Part shown: positions 44,315-54,985 of the stretch, in pieces
How positions within the stretch are numbered: the stretch's first letter is position 1
How the letters are laid out: each line of letters begins with the position of its first letter
Origin: an uncultured Desulfarculus sp.
GTDB taxonomy: Bacteria; Desulfobacterota; Desulfarculia; Desulfarculales; Desulfarculaceae
DNA length: 64,000 bases
Direction of reading: 5' to 3'
NCBI GenBank assembly: GCA_963665125.2
Contig: CAXXUK010000001.1
Coordinates: 1,312,001-1,376,000 of the forward strand
Notes under the pieces: generated by a model
Told to the model about the DNA's origin: nothing
Seen by the model: the letters and a program-made list of their open reading frames with translations, nothing else
Database searches by the model: none
Translations under genes and position numbers: made by a program

Positions 44315-45309
44315 GCCGCGCTCTCCATTTCCAGCTTTTTGCGCTTGTGTATCTGCCAGGCGACCTGGGCCTTGAGATAAAGGCCATTAAGTCCGAACGG
44401 CGCATACATCACAGCCAGAATGAAAACAATACCAGTCACGAGTTCCACCCGGTCGGTGTAGTGCTTGCTCAGCTCATCCAGGAGCAGCAACAGGCCCGTA
44501 CCGGTGATCGGCCCCATGAAGCTGCCGATTCCGCCCAGCATGATGGCCATGATCGGGATAAACGAGACCATGATGTGCAAAACACCATCCACAGACACGA
44601 CCTGCTGGAAAATGGCGAACAGGGATCCGGCCAAACCGGCGAACCCGCCCGAAATGATGAAGACGATGGCCTTGCTGGTGGGTACGTGATAACCCAGATA
44701 ATCGATACGCAGGGCATTGTCCCTGATACCGACCTGTACGCCGCCCAAGGGGGTCCGGGTGAAATACCACATGGCCCACATACTGGCTACGCAGACTATG
44801 ACCGCGAAGTAGTAGAAGGTGGTGGGATTGTCTATATCCAAGCTGACGAGCCCAAAGAGATTCAAAGAAGGCATGTCAAACAGCGTAATGCCGTCCTCGC
44901 CGCCGGTGATATCCCGGAATTTCAGGCACATCACGTACATCAACTGGCCAAAGGCCAACGTCAGCATGGCAAAGGCCGTACCGCTGACCCGCACCAGCAG
45001 CGGCGAACAGATCAGCGCGGCTACCATGGATGAGGACACGCCGATTAGCAGCGCCGGCACCAGGGATATGCCCTCTATGTGGATGATGGCCAGAGCCGTG
45101 GCGTAGGCCCCCACACCGAAGAACAGGGCATGGCCAAATGTCAGAAGGCCGGTGAAACTCAGCAGCATGTTCACGCTGACCGCGAACATGGCCATTATTG
45201 CCAGTTCGGCGATCATGTTCGTGCTCACGATGCCCATGAAGCTGGGGGCGATGGCCACAAAGGCCAACACCAGCACCAAAACGATTGCCAGTGGTTTGTT
45301 TCGCAGCAT
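44311..45309 (-). CDS. livM: HAAT ABC transporter permease
   Basis: 'GLLTFGHALFFGVGAY', 'FAMLTLAFGQ', 'TGGEDG', 'LGGIGSFMGP'. Confidence 0.88.
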   Translation of the reverse strand: MLRNKPLAIVLVLVLAFVAIAPSFMGIVSTNMIAELAIMAMFAVSVNMLLSFTGLLTFGHALFFGVGAYATALAIIHIEGISLVPALLIGVSSSMVAALICSPLLVRVSGTAFAMLTLAFGQLMYVMCLKFRDITGGEDGITLFDMPSLNLFGLVSLDIDNPTTFYYFAVIVCVASMWAMWYFTRTPLGGVQVGIRDNALRIDYLGYHVPTSKAIVFIISGGFAGLAGSLFAIFQQVVSVDGVLHIMVSFIPIMAIMLGGIGSFMGPITGTGLLLLLDELSKHYTDRVELVTGIVFILAVMYAPFGLNGLYLKAQVAWQIHKRKKLEMESAA

Positions 45310-46190
45310 TAGCCTTCTCCCTCCCCAAAGAAGCCTTGGGGCCTAAAGGACAAGACCAAAGCCATGAAGCCAAACATCAGCACCGGCGCCAGCTTGGGCA
45401 GGAACTGAATACCGTAGGCATTGAGTTCGCCCAGGGTGAGCGAAACCACGAAGGCGCCCAGGAGGCTGCCGAAACCGCCCACCACGACGACCACGAAGGC
45501 GTCCATTCCCACTTGGTCGGCGATGCCGGGGAACACGGTCAACAGAGGCGCCGCGGCCACGCCGGCCACGCCGGCCATCCAGGTTCCGAGACCGAAGACC
45601 AGCATGAACACGCTGGGCATGTTGATGCCCAAGGCGCTGACCATCTCGGGGTCCGAGGATGCCGCCCGAACGATCTTGCCCAATCGGGTCTTGTAGAGAG
45701 ACACGACCAATACCACCAGAATGACCAGGGCCAATCCGATGAGGAACAACCTGTAAATAGGGTATTCCAGGCCGGCAAAGGTGACCAGTCCCTGAAGGCC
45801 CTGGGGTATCCTGATCACCAACGATTCGGTGCCCCATATTGCCTTGACGAACTCAACGATTACCAGCGAAATGCCCAAGGTCAACAGCAATTCCGCTATG
45901 TGCCCAAGTCCGTGGGCCTTGACCTTACGCAACAGGAAACGCTCCACCAATAGACCTAGGCCCGCCACGATAAGCGGTGCTATTAACAGAGAAACCCAAA
46001 AGTTGCCCGTTATTGCCAGGATCTGGTAGCAGAGGTAGCCCGACAACATGAAAAAAGCGGCATGGGCCATGTTTAACACGCCCATCATGCCGAATATCAA
46101 GGTCAGGCCTGATGATACAAGGAATAGAAGCATTCCATAGGCGATGCCATGCAATGCTTGGGTGACGTACATGGCCGTAACCGGACTCAT
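45309..46190 (-). CDS. livH: HAAT ABC transporter permease
   Basis: 'GLTLIFGMMGVLNMAH', 'TRLGKIVRA', 'VVVVGGFGSL.GA', 'RPQG.FG'. Confidence 0.88.
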   Translation of the reverse strand: MSPVTAMYVTQALHGIAYGMLLFLVSSGLTLIFGMMGVLNMAHAAFFMLSGYLCYQILAITGNFWVSLLIAPLIVAGLGLLVERFLLRKVKAHGLGHIAELLLTLGISLVIVEFVKAIWGTESLVIRIPQGLQGLVTFAGLEYPIYRLFLIGLALVILVVLVVSLYKTRLGKIVRAASSDPEMVSALGINMPSVFMLVFGLGTWMAGVAGVAAAPLLTVFPGIADQVGMDAFVVVVVGGFGSLLGAFVVSLTLGELNAYGIQFLPKLAPVLMFGFMALVLSFRPQGFFGEGEG

Positions 46191-46257
46191 GCCGTGTCCT
46201 CCTTCTTGTTCGCAGATGAATTAACAAAGCCTCCTGCCGCCTGATTCAGCGGGCAAG

Positions 46258-46293
46258 AAAAAAGCCCGGCCGCAAATCATCGTTTGCGGCCGG
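46258..46293 (-). terminator. intercistronic stem-loop after the substrate-binding protein gene
   Basis: CCGGCCGCAAA-6 nt-TTTGCGGCCGG with a T-tract on the minus strand. Confidence 0.6.
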
Positions 46294-46309
46294 ACCTGAT
46301 CAGCTTATC

Positions 46310-47653
46310 TTACTTGCATCCGGGCACGTCGTCGGGCACCGGCTGGATGCATTCGGCAGCCGGAATCGTCACCACGTTTACCGGAGCGGCCGCCTTCTCG
46401 TAGAAGTCGTTTGGCCAGCTCATCTCGGAGGCGTTCATGTCGAAGATGGCCTGGTGGTCGCAGGCGCGCATCTTGTAGTTGTTGCCAAAGAGGGTAATTT
46501 CATCACCTTCCCAGGCCGCGATAATCTTGTCCGGATCAAGTGAACCGGCCTTTTCCACCACCTTGAACATCCAGTAGGTGGCGATGGTGGACTGGGGCAG
46601 GATGCCGCCGGGCCACTTGAACAGGGGGCCATCGTACAGCGGAGCCTTCCAGGTCTTCCAGGCCTCGTGCCACTTGTTCATGAACTCCACGTTTTCGGGC
46701 TTGTTCAAAAGCGTCATGTAGGAGTGGATGGGCACGAAACCCTTGCCGTGGGGGGGCTTGATGGTCACAAGGGGAATCGGGTTGTCGATAAAGGGACCGG
46801 CCATGGGCAGGTTGACGCCAAGCTGGTCGGCCTGCTTGATCAGGTTGTCGCTGTCGGGGTTGAAGTCACCGGTGATGATGACCTCGGCGCCGCTGCCCTT
46901 GACCTTGGTCAAGTACGGAGCGAAATCCTTGGCGAACAGCGGATGGAAGTCTTCGCCGACGATTTCGGCGTCGGGACGAGCGGCCAGCAGCGCGTTCTTG
47001 AAGTTCTTGGCGAAGAAGTGGCCGTAGGCGTAATCCTGGCAAAGAATATAGAATTTCTTTTCCGAACGCTTGGCGTAGAACTTGGCCAAACCGGTGGCCA
47101 GCATGGTGTTGGTTGCGCAGGTACGGAAGGTGTACTTATTAAAGCGCTCTCCCTGCATCAAGGCGTCCGAAAGCGAAGCCACGTTCAGGTAGATTTTCTT
47201 GTACTTGGCCGCAACCTGTTGACCAACCAGGCAGATGTGCGTGCCGGTGGTGCCGATGATCATATCGACGTTGTCTTCCAGGCAAAGCTTTTCCATGGCC
47301 CGTTTGGCCACGGTGGGCTTCATCTGGTTGTCGCCCTTGATCAGCACGATCTTCTTTTTCTTGCCACCGACCATAACACCGCCCTGGCTGTTGATGTCAT
47401 GAACAGCCAAACCAATGGTCAGCCAAAAGATGTTGCCGTTGACAGCCGCGGGGCCGGTGAATGCCCAGAAAATACCGACTTTGATCACATCGTCGGATAC
47501 AGGGGGGAACGTTTGGTTGTGAGGATCAAAACTCGCCAGATCGCCCTTGAACGGCTCAAATGCCTGCGCCGTGTTGACAGCGCTTAAGCCGATGAGCATC
47601 AGGCATGCATATAACATGGTGATTACAAAGAATTTCGACTTATTTCCCGGCAT
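46310..47653 (-). CDS. HAAT ABC transporter periplasmic substrate-binding protein
   Basis: Signal peptide from ATG 47653 (GGAGAG RBS); 'IKVGI...TGPAA', 'INSQGGV', 'DYAYG', 'DFAPYLTKV', 'MRACDHQA'. Confidence 0.9.
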   Translation of the reverse strand: MPGNKSKFFVITMLYACLMLIGLSAVNTAQAFEPFKGDLASFDPHNQTFPPVSDDVIKVGIFWAFTGPAAVNGNIFWLTIGLAVHDINSQGGVMVGGKKKKIVLIKGDNQMKPTVAKRAMEKLCLEDNVDMIIGTTGTHICLVGQQVAAKYKKIYLNVASLSDALMQGERFNKYTFRTCATNTMLATGLAKFYAKRSEKKFYILCQDYAYGHFFAKNFKNALLAARPDAEIVGEDFHPLFAKDFAPYLTKVKGSGAEVIITGDFNPDSDNLIKQADQLGVNLPMAGPFIDNPIPLVTIKPPHGKGFVPIHSYMTLLNKPENVEFMNKWHEAWKTWKAPLYDGPLFKWPGGILPQSTIATYWMFKVVEKAGSLDPDKIIAAWEGDEITLFGNNYKMRACDHQAIFDMNASEMSWPNDFYEKAAAPVNVVTIPAAECIQPVPDDVPGCK

Positions 47654-47910
47654 GTGCTCTCCATTTCGTAAGTTTGATTTACCTGGTTGTATTTCCATGG
47701 GACATAAACGTTGTTCACCTAACTGGCGTAGCATACCAAAACAAGAAGCCAACATTCAGCTAAAAAAGCACCCTAGTTTTATTTTTTTGGCCATTTATAC
47801 ATCGGCATGTCTTTTTTTTACCGTTTGTCCGGTTTCTGATTACATTTTTTCAACCATCTCCCACTTCATCAATGCTATATATTGCTCCATCACTATAGTC
47901 GGAGGGCATC

Positions 47911-48651
47911 ATGAGATTACAAAACAAGGTAGCCATTGTTACGGGCTCGGCCCAGGGCATTGGCGCGGCAACGGCAATACTTTTCGCCGAACAGGGCGCG
48001 AAAGTAACTCTTTGTGATCTGAATGAAGAGGGACTGCAAAAAGTTGCGGCAAAAATCAGCGAAGCTGGAGGTCAAAGTCTGATCTGCAAGGGCAACATCG
48101 CCCAACGTTCTTTTGTTGACCAAATGGTCCAGCAGACCGTGGAGCAATTCGGTGGACTCGATATTCTGGTCAACAACGCCGGCATTACCCGCGACGCCAT
48201 CGGACACAAGATGACCGAGGAGCAGTGGGATCAGGTAATTGACGTCAACCTCAAGGGATCGTTCAATTGCCTGCAAGCGGCCATGATCCAGATGAGGGCC
48301 CAGGCTTCGGGCTCCATTGTCAACCTGTCGTCCATCTCCCGCTACGGCAACCCCGGCCAGTTGAACTACGCCGCATCAAAAGCGGGCGTGGTGGGCCTGA
48401 CCCGCACGGCGGCCAGGGAGTTGGCCCGCAAGGGCGTCCGGGTCAATTGCGTGGCCCCCGGGTTCATCAACACGGAGATGCTCCAGGCAGTGCCCAAGGA
48501 GATACTCGACGCCATGACCCAGGCCGTCCCCATGGGCAGGTTGGGTTCACCCAGGGAAACCGCCGAGTTGATCATGTTCCTGGCCTCCGATGAGTCAAGC
48601 TTCATCACGGGGCAGACTATTAATATAGATGGCGGAACCTATGTGAGCTGA
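47911..48651 (+). CDS. fabG: 3-oxoacyl-(ACP/CoA) reductase, FabG-like SDR
   Basis: 'TGSAQGIG', 'NNAGITRD', 'GNPGQLNYAASKAG', 'VAPGFI.T'. Confidence 0.8.
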   Translation: MRLQNKVAIVTGSAQGIGAATAILFAEQGAKVTLCDLNEEGLQKVAAKISEAGGQSLICKGNIAQRSFVDQMVQQTVEQFGGLDILVNNAGITRDAIGHKMTEEQWDQVIDVNLKGSFNCLQAAMIQMRAQASGSIVNLSSISRYGNPGQLNYAASKAGVVGLTRTAARELARKGVRVNCVAPGFINTEMLQAVPKEILDAMTQAVPMGRLGSPRETAELIMFLASDESSFITGQTINIDGGTYVS

Positions 48652-48658
48652 CGCCCCG

Positions 48659-48707
48659 CGAGCGGGACCTTGTTTCGTAATACAAACAATGTCCCGCTCG
48701 TAAAAAA
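48659..48707. terminator. long stem-loop after fabG
   Basis: CGAGCGGGAC(c)TTGTTT...AAACAA(t)GTCCCGCTCG followed by AAAAAA. Confidence 0.6.
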
Positions 48708-48942
48708 CGTCAATATAAAAAGATCAACTTTGTTATTGATTATTTTTTCACAACCAATGTAACATACTGCTGCGAATACTGAAGTAGCATTGTATTTGTT
48801 ATGCTTTTTTAACAATTTAATATTGATTATTAGTAATTTACGAATCTTGGATCGTTTTTTTGTTTTTACGACTGCCGTTTTGTCGCGTACCGAGACATGA
48901 CCGGCTGCTCAAATCATCACAGGTCAAGGAGAAGACGACACA

Positions 48943-50607
48943 ATGGAAGAGAAATTCTGGCATAAACAATATGCACCGGGTGTACAACCGACCGCCAACT
49001 ACCCGGAAATCCCGGCGTATGAAATCCTGAACCTTACCGCGTACGGATTTCCCAAGAAAGTCGCCACGACCTTCTTCGGCACCGAGATGACGTTCTATGA
49101 GTTGCGTTGTCTGTCCATGAACATGGCCAACGCCCTCAAAAAGGCCGGCGTTAAAAAAGGCGACCGCGTTGCCATCCACCTGCCCAACTGCCCGCAGTAC
49201 ATAATCGCTTACTACGCCGTGCTCAACGCGGGCGGTATAGTCGTCAACCTGAACCCCATGTACACGGTGGATGAACTCAAGGCCCTGTGCAAAAACACCG
49301 GCGTCAGCACCCTATTCTCCTTTGACATGGCTTTGCCCAACATTCACGAACTTTGCAAGGCTGTCGATATAGAGCGGGTCATAATCACCAAGGTGACCGA
49401 CTTCATCAACGGCATGCCCCAGAGCACCTCTGAAGAGATGGGCCTGGAAGCCAAGTGGATGCATTTTTCCAAAATGCTGGCCGACTGCAAAGATATACGG
49501 CCCCTTAGAATTGAAATCAACTCCGAAGACCCGGCACTGATCCAGTTCACCGGCGGCACGACGGGCATCCCCAAAGGCGCGGTCCTGTCCAACGGCAACC
49601 TGGTGGCCGCGACCTTTATCATCAAGGGGCTCTGCGACCCGATTTTCAGCTCAATGCCGCCCGAGAAGCGCTTTACCCTGTCGATGCTGCCGTTCTTCCA
49701 CGTATACGGCGACATCGTGGCCATGAACAGCTCGATCCTGACCGCGGCCACCCAGATAGTGGTCCCCAGATTCGACATTGAAGAAGTCATGGGCATCATC
49801 AGCATGCTGGAGGATCCGGTGTTCTGGCCCGCGGTTCCGACGATGATCAACGCGGTGCTCAACCATCCCAAGGCTGAAGAACTGGAGTTGGGCCGCCGGT
49901 TCTCGTTCCTCAACAGCGGCGGCGCGCCCATTCCGGCGGCCCTGCTGGAAAGAGGCCTGGACCTCGGTGTCAACATGACCGAGGGCTGGGGCATGAGCGA
50001 AACCACCTCCATCGGCGTTAGCAATCCCATTATCGGCAAGAAGAAAGTCGGCAGCATCGGCATCCCCATCGCCGACACCGATATCAAGCTGGTGGACCCC
50101 AACGACGGCGTCACCGAAGTGGCCCGGGGCGAAAAGGGCGAACTGCTGATCAAGGGCCCCTCGGTCATGCAGGGCTACTGGGACAACCCCGAGGAAACCG
50201 CCGGCCAGCTCAAGGACGGCTGGCTCTACACCGGCGACGTGGCCATCCAGGACGAAGACGGCTTCCTGTTCATTGTGGACCGCACCAAGGACATGATCAT
50301 CGCCGGCGGCTACAACATCTATCCCCGTGAAGTCGACGAAGTGCTGTTCCAGCATCCCAAGGTCGCCGATGTCGTCACGGTGGGCGTGCCCGACGACTAC
50401 CGCGGCGAGACGGTCAAGGCCTTCGTGGTGCTCAAGCCCGGCGTGGAGTGCACTCCCGAAGAAATCATCGCGTTCAGCAAGGACCACCTGGCGCCTTACA
50501 AGCAGCCCAAGAAGGTGGAATTCCGCGACGAACTGCCCAAATCCGCGGTTGGCAAGCTTCTGCGCAAGGTCCTGCGCGCCGAAGAAGAAGCCAAGATGAA
50601 AAAATAG
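48943..50607 (+). CDS. long-chain fatty acid-CoA ligase (FadD-like)
   Basis: '[12 protein letters not shown]', 'LPFFHVYG', 'EGWGMSE', 'GWLYTGD', '[12 protein letters not shown]', 'KSAVGK'; AAGGAG RBS. Confidence 0.93.
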   Translation: MEEKFWHKQYAPGVQPTANYPEIPAYEILNLTAYGFPKKVATTFFGTEMTFYELRCLSMNMANALKKAGVKKGDRVAIHLPNCPQYIIAYYAVLNAGGIVVNLNPMYTVDELKALCKNTGVSTLFSFDMALPNIHELCKAVDIERVIITKVTDFINGMPQSTSEEMGLEAKWMHFSKMLADCKDIRPLRIEINSEDPALIQFTGGTTGIPKGAVLSNGNLVAATFIIKGLCDPIFSSMPPEKRFTLSMLPFFHVYGDIVAMNSSILTAATQIVVPRFDIEEVMGIISMLEDPVFWPAVPTMINAVLNHPKAEELELGRRFSFLNSGGAPIPAALLERGLDLGVNMTEGWGMSETTSIGVSNPIIGKKKVGSIGIPIADTDIKLVDPNDGVTEVARGEKGELLIKGPSVMQGYWDNPEETAGQLKDGWLYTGDVAIQDEDGFLFIVDRTKDMIIAGGYNIYPREVDEVLFQHPKVADVVTVGVPDDYRGETVKAFVVLKPGVECTPEEIIAFSKDHLAPYKQPKKVEFRDELPKSAVGKLLRKVLRAEEEAKMKK

Positions 50608-50627
50608 TTTTCAACCAAATAATGGCG

Positions 50628-50667
50628 GCGCCCGCATCACACTGGTGGTGCGGGCGCTTTATTTTTT
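50628..50667 (+). terminator. intrinsic terminator
   Basis: GCGCCCGCATCAC-actg-GTGGTGCGGGCGC then TTTATTTTTT. Confidence 0.8.
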
Positions 50668-50766
50668 CGGCCATTAAAGGCCCTAAGGCCCCATCGCTGT
50701 TTGCTATAATCTTTAATATAGTTACTTTTCACCAAATCTATTACGCGCCAAACTCCGGAGGGTTCG

Positions 50767-51210
50767 ATGAACAAACATGCCAAGTTTCTCATGGCGGCCA
50801 CGGCCATCGCGTTCACCTTTGTTTTTTGCGGCCTGGCCCAAGCCCAGCAGGACAACCGCTGTCAGTGGGCCTGCAACAATCTATTCACCGAAGGCACCAT
50901 TCAAGGCGCCGAGGAATTTCAGCAGTGCGTCAAATTTTGCAGTCAGGTCCAACTATCGGGCATTGAAGGCAGCGAAGGCATCTCCATCGCGTGCATGTAC
51001 GCCCTGCCCAAGGCCTGCGGCTACGAGTTGGCCTGGGACTTCATTCGCTATTGCCTTAAGCCGTGCATGGAGTTCAACGAATACGAGTGCGGCAAGTGCC
51101 TGGCCCAGCATTCATACTGCCACAAGGGCACGGCCTGCCACGAAAAGGTCTGTGACTGCATCATCAAGCAGAACTGCGACGCCGTGCTGAAAAAGGCCTG
51201 CGACCATTAG
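50767..51210 (+). CDS. exported, very Cys-rich small protein
   Basis: GGAGG RBS; signal peptide ending AQA; 16 Cys in the mature part. Confidence 0.75.
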   Translation: MNKHAKFLMAATAIAFTFVFCGLAQAQQDNRCQWACNNLFTEGTIQGAEEFQQCVKFCSQVQLSGIEGSEGISIACMYALPKACGYELAWDFIRYCLKPCMEFNEYECGKCLAQHSYCHKGTACHEKVCDCIIKQNCDAVLKKACDH

Positions 51211-51235
51211 CCCGAGCCGCCCCCTGCCCCGAGGT

Positions 51236-52357
51236 TCAGCGCTGGGGCCGGTAGCCGCCGGGCAAACCGTCGCGGGAAAATACTATCTGCCACAGTTGAT
51301 TCTTGCGGGCCCGGAAAGAACCGGCGCAGCTGAGCAGATAGTAGCGCCACATCCGCCCGAAGCGTTGCCCATAAGCGGGCTCCAGTTTGGGCCAGGCCTT
51401 GTTGAAATTGCCGTGCCAGGCCATCAGGGTCTTGTCATAGTCCGCGCCGAATGAATGCCAATCCTCGATAACAAACAGCCCCTCGCTGGCCGCGGTTATC
51501 TGTCTGGCCGAAGGTATCAGCGAATTGGGAAAGATGTATTTATCCATCCAGGGGTCGGAACTCCTATTCGAACGGTTGCCGCCGATGGTGTGCAGCAAAA
51601 ACAGGCCGCCGGGTTTGAGGCTGCGTTGCACGACTTCCATGTAGGTCCGGTAATTTTTGTGGCCCACATGCTCGAACATGCCCACCGAGACAATGGCGTC
51701 GAACGTCTCATCAAGGCAGCGGTAGTCCATCAAGCGAATATCCACGGGGTACGTCTGGCATATCCGGCAGGCCAGGCCCACCTGTTCCTTGGAGACCGTC
51801 AGCCCAACGACCTCCACGCCGTAATTCTTGGCGGCGTAAGCGGCCAACCCGCCCCAACCGCAACCAATATCCAACAGCTTTTTTCCCTGCTCCAAGCGCA
51901 GCTTGCGGCAGATGAGTTCCAGCTTATGTTCCTGGGCCTGATCCAAGTCGTCGGCGCCCGTCCAATAGGCGCAACTGTAAACCATGCGCTTGTCCAGCAT
52001 GGCCCGGTACAGATCATTGCCTATGTCATAGTGATGCTCGCCGATCTCGTGGGCCCTGGCCGGCCGCTGAAGGTTGGAGAACCAGGCCCGGAAAACCGCC
52101 CAGGCCTCGGTCATCCTGTTGATCACCTTGGCGTCCAATCCGGCGCCCAGAACCCGGTCGAAAAACTGATCCAAAGCCGGGCAATCCCACCAACCGTCCA
52201 TGTACGTTTCGCCCAGGGCCATGGAGCCGCCGGCTAATACGCGGTCATAAAAAAGCTCCTCGTGTACCTCCAAGTCCCAAAGATCCGGACCGTTGAATGT
52301 GATCTCCAGGGGAGCCAACAATTTTTCCAGGGTGCGCTTCGATGATGAGGTGGTCAT
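51236..52357 (-). CDS. cfa: cyclopropane-fatty-acyl-phospholipid synthase
   Basis: 'HYDIGNDLY', 'YSCAYW', SAM motif 'LDIGCGWGG', 'VSVGMFEHVG', 'WI/MDKYIFPN'; GGAGGTG RBS before ATG 52357. Confidence 0.93.
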   Translation of the reverse strand: MTTSSSKRTLEKLLAPLEITFNGPDLWDLEVHEELFYDRVLAGGSMALGETYMDGWWDCPALDQFFDRVLGAGLDAKVINRMTEAWAVFRAWFSNLQRPARAHEIGEHHYDIGNDLYRAMLDKRMVYSCAYWTGADDLDQAQEHKLELICRKLRLEQGKKLLDIGCGWGGLAAYAAKNYGVEVVGLTVSKEQVGLACRICQTYPVDIRLMDYRCLDETFDAIVSVGMFEHVGHKNYRTYMEVVQRSLKPGGLFLLHTIGGNRSNRSSDPWMDKYIFPNSLIPSARQITAASEGLFVIEDWHSFGADYDKTLMAWHGNFNKAWPKLEPAYGQRFGRMWRYYLLSCAGSFRARKNQLWQIVFSRDGLPGGYRPQR

Positions 52358-52556
52358 GGCATCACCTCCATCAAGAATTGTAGATTGAATACGCCAGGGT
52401 GGAAAATCACCGAGTTTGTATCTCATATTGCCTATGGTAGCGGGAAACCCGGCCGTTTTGAACAACAAATGCACGTTCAAGGAGATGTTGGCCAATGTAC
52501 CGGCGGGCGGTATATTTGTGCGCTGTAATCCATTGCTTTAACTTCTGCGGAATATC

Positions 52557-54401
52557 ATGGCCCTAATCGATCTATTTGACGTCAGCCTGGCCTTTGGCGG
52601 GCCCACCCTATTGGACAAGATCAACTTCCGGGTGCATCAGGGCGAACGGGTTTGTCTGGTGGGCCGCAACGGCGCAGGCAAATCCAGCCTGCTAAAGTTG
52701 TTGGCCGGCAAGGTGCGCCCCGATTCCGGCGCAATCAGCCGCGAAACGGGCCTGAGCGTGGGCCATCTGCCCCAAAACGTTCCCGGCGATCTGCGGGGCC
52801 AAGTCTATGAAATTTGCGCCGGAGGCCTCGGCGAAAACGGCGAACTGCTGATCGGCCTGTTCCAGGGCAAAGGCGGCAACAGGCTCAGCAGGCACGACAA
52901 CGAGCAGGAAATATGGGTCCTCGAGCACAGGCTCCAGATCATCCTCAGCCGTCTGGGCCTCAATCCCCAAGACCGTGCCGAAACACTCTCAGGCGGCATG
53001 CAGCGCCGTGTCCTGCTGGCCCGGGCCCTGGCCAGCCAACCGGATCTGCTGCTGTTGGACGAGCCCACCAACCATCTGGACATCGAATCCATTGCCTGGC
53101 TGGAGTCGTTTTTATTGCAATTCGGCGGGGCCATTGTCTTTGTATCCCACGACCGGGCCTTTGCCCGCAACCTGGCCACCAGGGTCGTCGAGCCGGACCG
53201 GGGCGCTCTGTACGACTGGAACTGCTCCTTCGACGAGTTTCTCCGTCACCGGGAAGAGGCCCTGGCCACCGAGCAGGAGCAGCGGGCCAAGTTTGACAAG
53301 AAAATGGCCGAGGAAGAAAAATGGCTTTCGGGCGGCATCAGGGCCCGTCGCACCCGCAACGAGGGCCGTGTGCGCAGGCTCATGGAAATGCGCGGAATCA
53401 GGGCCAACCGCCGGGACGTGCTGGGCTCGGCCAAGCTCAAGGCCCAGCAGGCCGGGCTGTCGGGCAAGATAGTGGCCGAGGCCGAAGCAGTTGGATTCAG
53501 CTACGGGCCAAAGCAGGTCATCAAGGACTTCACCACCATCATCCTGCGTGGCGACAAGGTAGGCATCATCGGCCCCAACGGCTCGGGCAAGACCACCCTG
53601 CTGGGCATCCTGCTTGGCAAGTTGCAACACCAAAGCGGAGAAATCCGCCGGGGCCTCAACCTGGAGACAGCCTATTTCGACCAAATGCGGGCCGAGCTTG
53701 ACAATGACAAAACCGTCATTGAAAACATCACCGACGGCCACGAAACCCTGATCATCAACGGCCAGCAGCGCCATGTGATAAGTTATTTAAAAGACTTCCT
53801 GTTCACTGCCGACAGGGCCCGCAGCCCGGTGCATATTCTTTCGGGCGGCGAACGCAACCGCCTGTTGCTGGCCAAGCTCTTCACCAAGCCGGCCAACCTG
53901 CTGGTCCTGGACGAACCGACCAACGACCTGGACTTCGACACCCTGGAGCTGTTGGAGAACCTGCTGGTTGAGTTTGAAGGCACGGTGCTTTTGGTCAGCC
54001 ACGACCGCCAGTTTCTCAACAACGTCGTAACCAGCACCCTGGCCCTTGAAGGCGGCGGCGTAATCCGTGAATACGCCGGCGGCTATGACGACTGGCTGGC
54101 CCAGCGGCGTCCGTCCCAGGAGGCCAAGCCCGCAAAGTCCGCCAAACCCAAGGACCGGCCCAAGCAGGAACAGCCCCGCAAGCTGGGCTTCAACGAAAAG
54201 CGGGAATTGGCCCAACTGCCCGAAAAAATCGAGGCCCTGGAGCAGGAGCAGGCCACGTTGCATGAAAAGGTGGCCGATCCGGATTTGTATACCTCGGGCG
54301 GCAAGGCGGCGGCCGACATTAGCAAACGCCTGGAGGAGATCGAAGCCGAGCTCGAACAGGTCTACGCCCGCTGGGAAGAACTTGAGGCAATCGGCGGGTA
54401 A
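52557..54401 (+). CDS. uup: ABC-F ATPase, Uup-like
   Basis: Two NBDs ('GRNGAGKS', 'GPNGSGKT', 'DEPTNHLD', 'DEPTNDLD'), linker 'GIRARRTRNEGRVR', C-terminal coiled coil ending 'RWEELE'. Confidence 0.9.
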   Translation: MALIDLFDVSLAFGGPTLLDKINFRVHQGERVCLVGRNGAGKSSLLKLLAGKVRPDSGAISRETGLSVGHLPQNVPGDLRGQVYEICAGGLGENGELLIGLFQGKGGNRLSRHDNEQEIWVLEHRLQIILSRLGLNPQDRAETLSGGMQRRVLLARALASQPDLLLLDEPTNHLDIESIAWLESFLLQFGGAIVFVSHDRAFARNLATRVVEPDRGALYDWNCSFDEFLRHREEALATEQEQRAKFDKKMAEEEKWLSGGIRARRTRNEGRVRRLMEMRGIRANRRDVLGSAKLKAQQAGLSGKIVAEAEAVGFSYGPKQVIKDFTTIILRGDKVGIIGPNGSGKTTLLGILLGKLQHQSGEIRRGLNLETAYFDQMRAELDNDKTVIENITDGHETLIINGQQRHVISYLKDFLFTADRARSPVHILSGGERNRLLLAKLFTKPANLLVLDEPTNDLDFDTLELLENLLVEFEGTVLLVSHDRQFLNNVVTSTLALEGGGVIREYAGGYDDWLAQRRPSQEAKPAKSAKPKDRPKQEQPRKLGFNEKRELAQLPEKIEALEQEQATLHEKVADPDLYTSGGKAAADISKRLEEIEAELEQVYARWEELEAIGG

Positions 54402-54554
54402 CCGGCGGCTACATCTTCATTGGCCGCGGCCGGCCGGTTGCTACCAATTGCCCCCCCCAAATTAAATATAAAAAAATCTTCGTGAATCAATAAGATCATC
54501 GCCGCCCGTGCGTCTCCCCAATTAATAAAGCGAATTTTCTCGGGAGGAACGGAA

Positions 54555-54656
54555 ATGGCATATATCAAGCGGATGAAGATTTGGATTGCGTTGATGGGCC
54601 TTTTGTTGACCCTGCCCACCCTGGCCCAGACCGGCCAGCAGTTCATCGCCGGCTGA
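54555..54656 (+). CDS. 33-aa small ORF or gene remnant consisting mostly of a signal peptide
   Basis: GGAGG RBS, then MAYIKRMKIWIALMGLLLTLPTLAQTGQQFIAG-stop; below the ORF track cut-off. Confidence 0.4.
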   Translation: MAYIKRMKIWIALMGLLLTLPTLAQTGQQFIAG

Positions 54657-54985
54657 AATTAAAAATTTCAACCTGAAAAATGCGCCCTTCCCCTTCATTG
54701 ACGTGAAAACCAAACATTCGGGTTGTGTTTCATACCCACTTCAACCATCGCAACTCAAATCACCGCCACCTGAATCAAAAAATTCACACAAATCCAAGGC
54801 ATACATGTTTAAAATGCCATAACAGAACGTTAAATGCCCTCTGGACAAGCATGGGGCCCAGCAGTGTATCATGAGCTCTATAGCGAGGGGAGATTCGTGT
54901 CCTCAGCCTGCCCGGCGCGTCCATACTAACTGCACGGAAAAACCAAACAAATAGTCCGCCCAAACAAGCAAGGGAGCATTCGGAT

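Noticed and set aside
50767..51210. Multihaem cytochrome c
   Set aside because: No canonical CxxCH motif.
54660..54985. Lysine riboswitch upstream of the decarboxylase
   Set aside because: No recognisable L-box core; only short AT-rich repeats.
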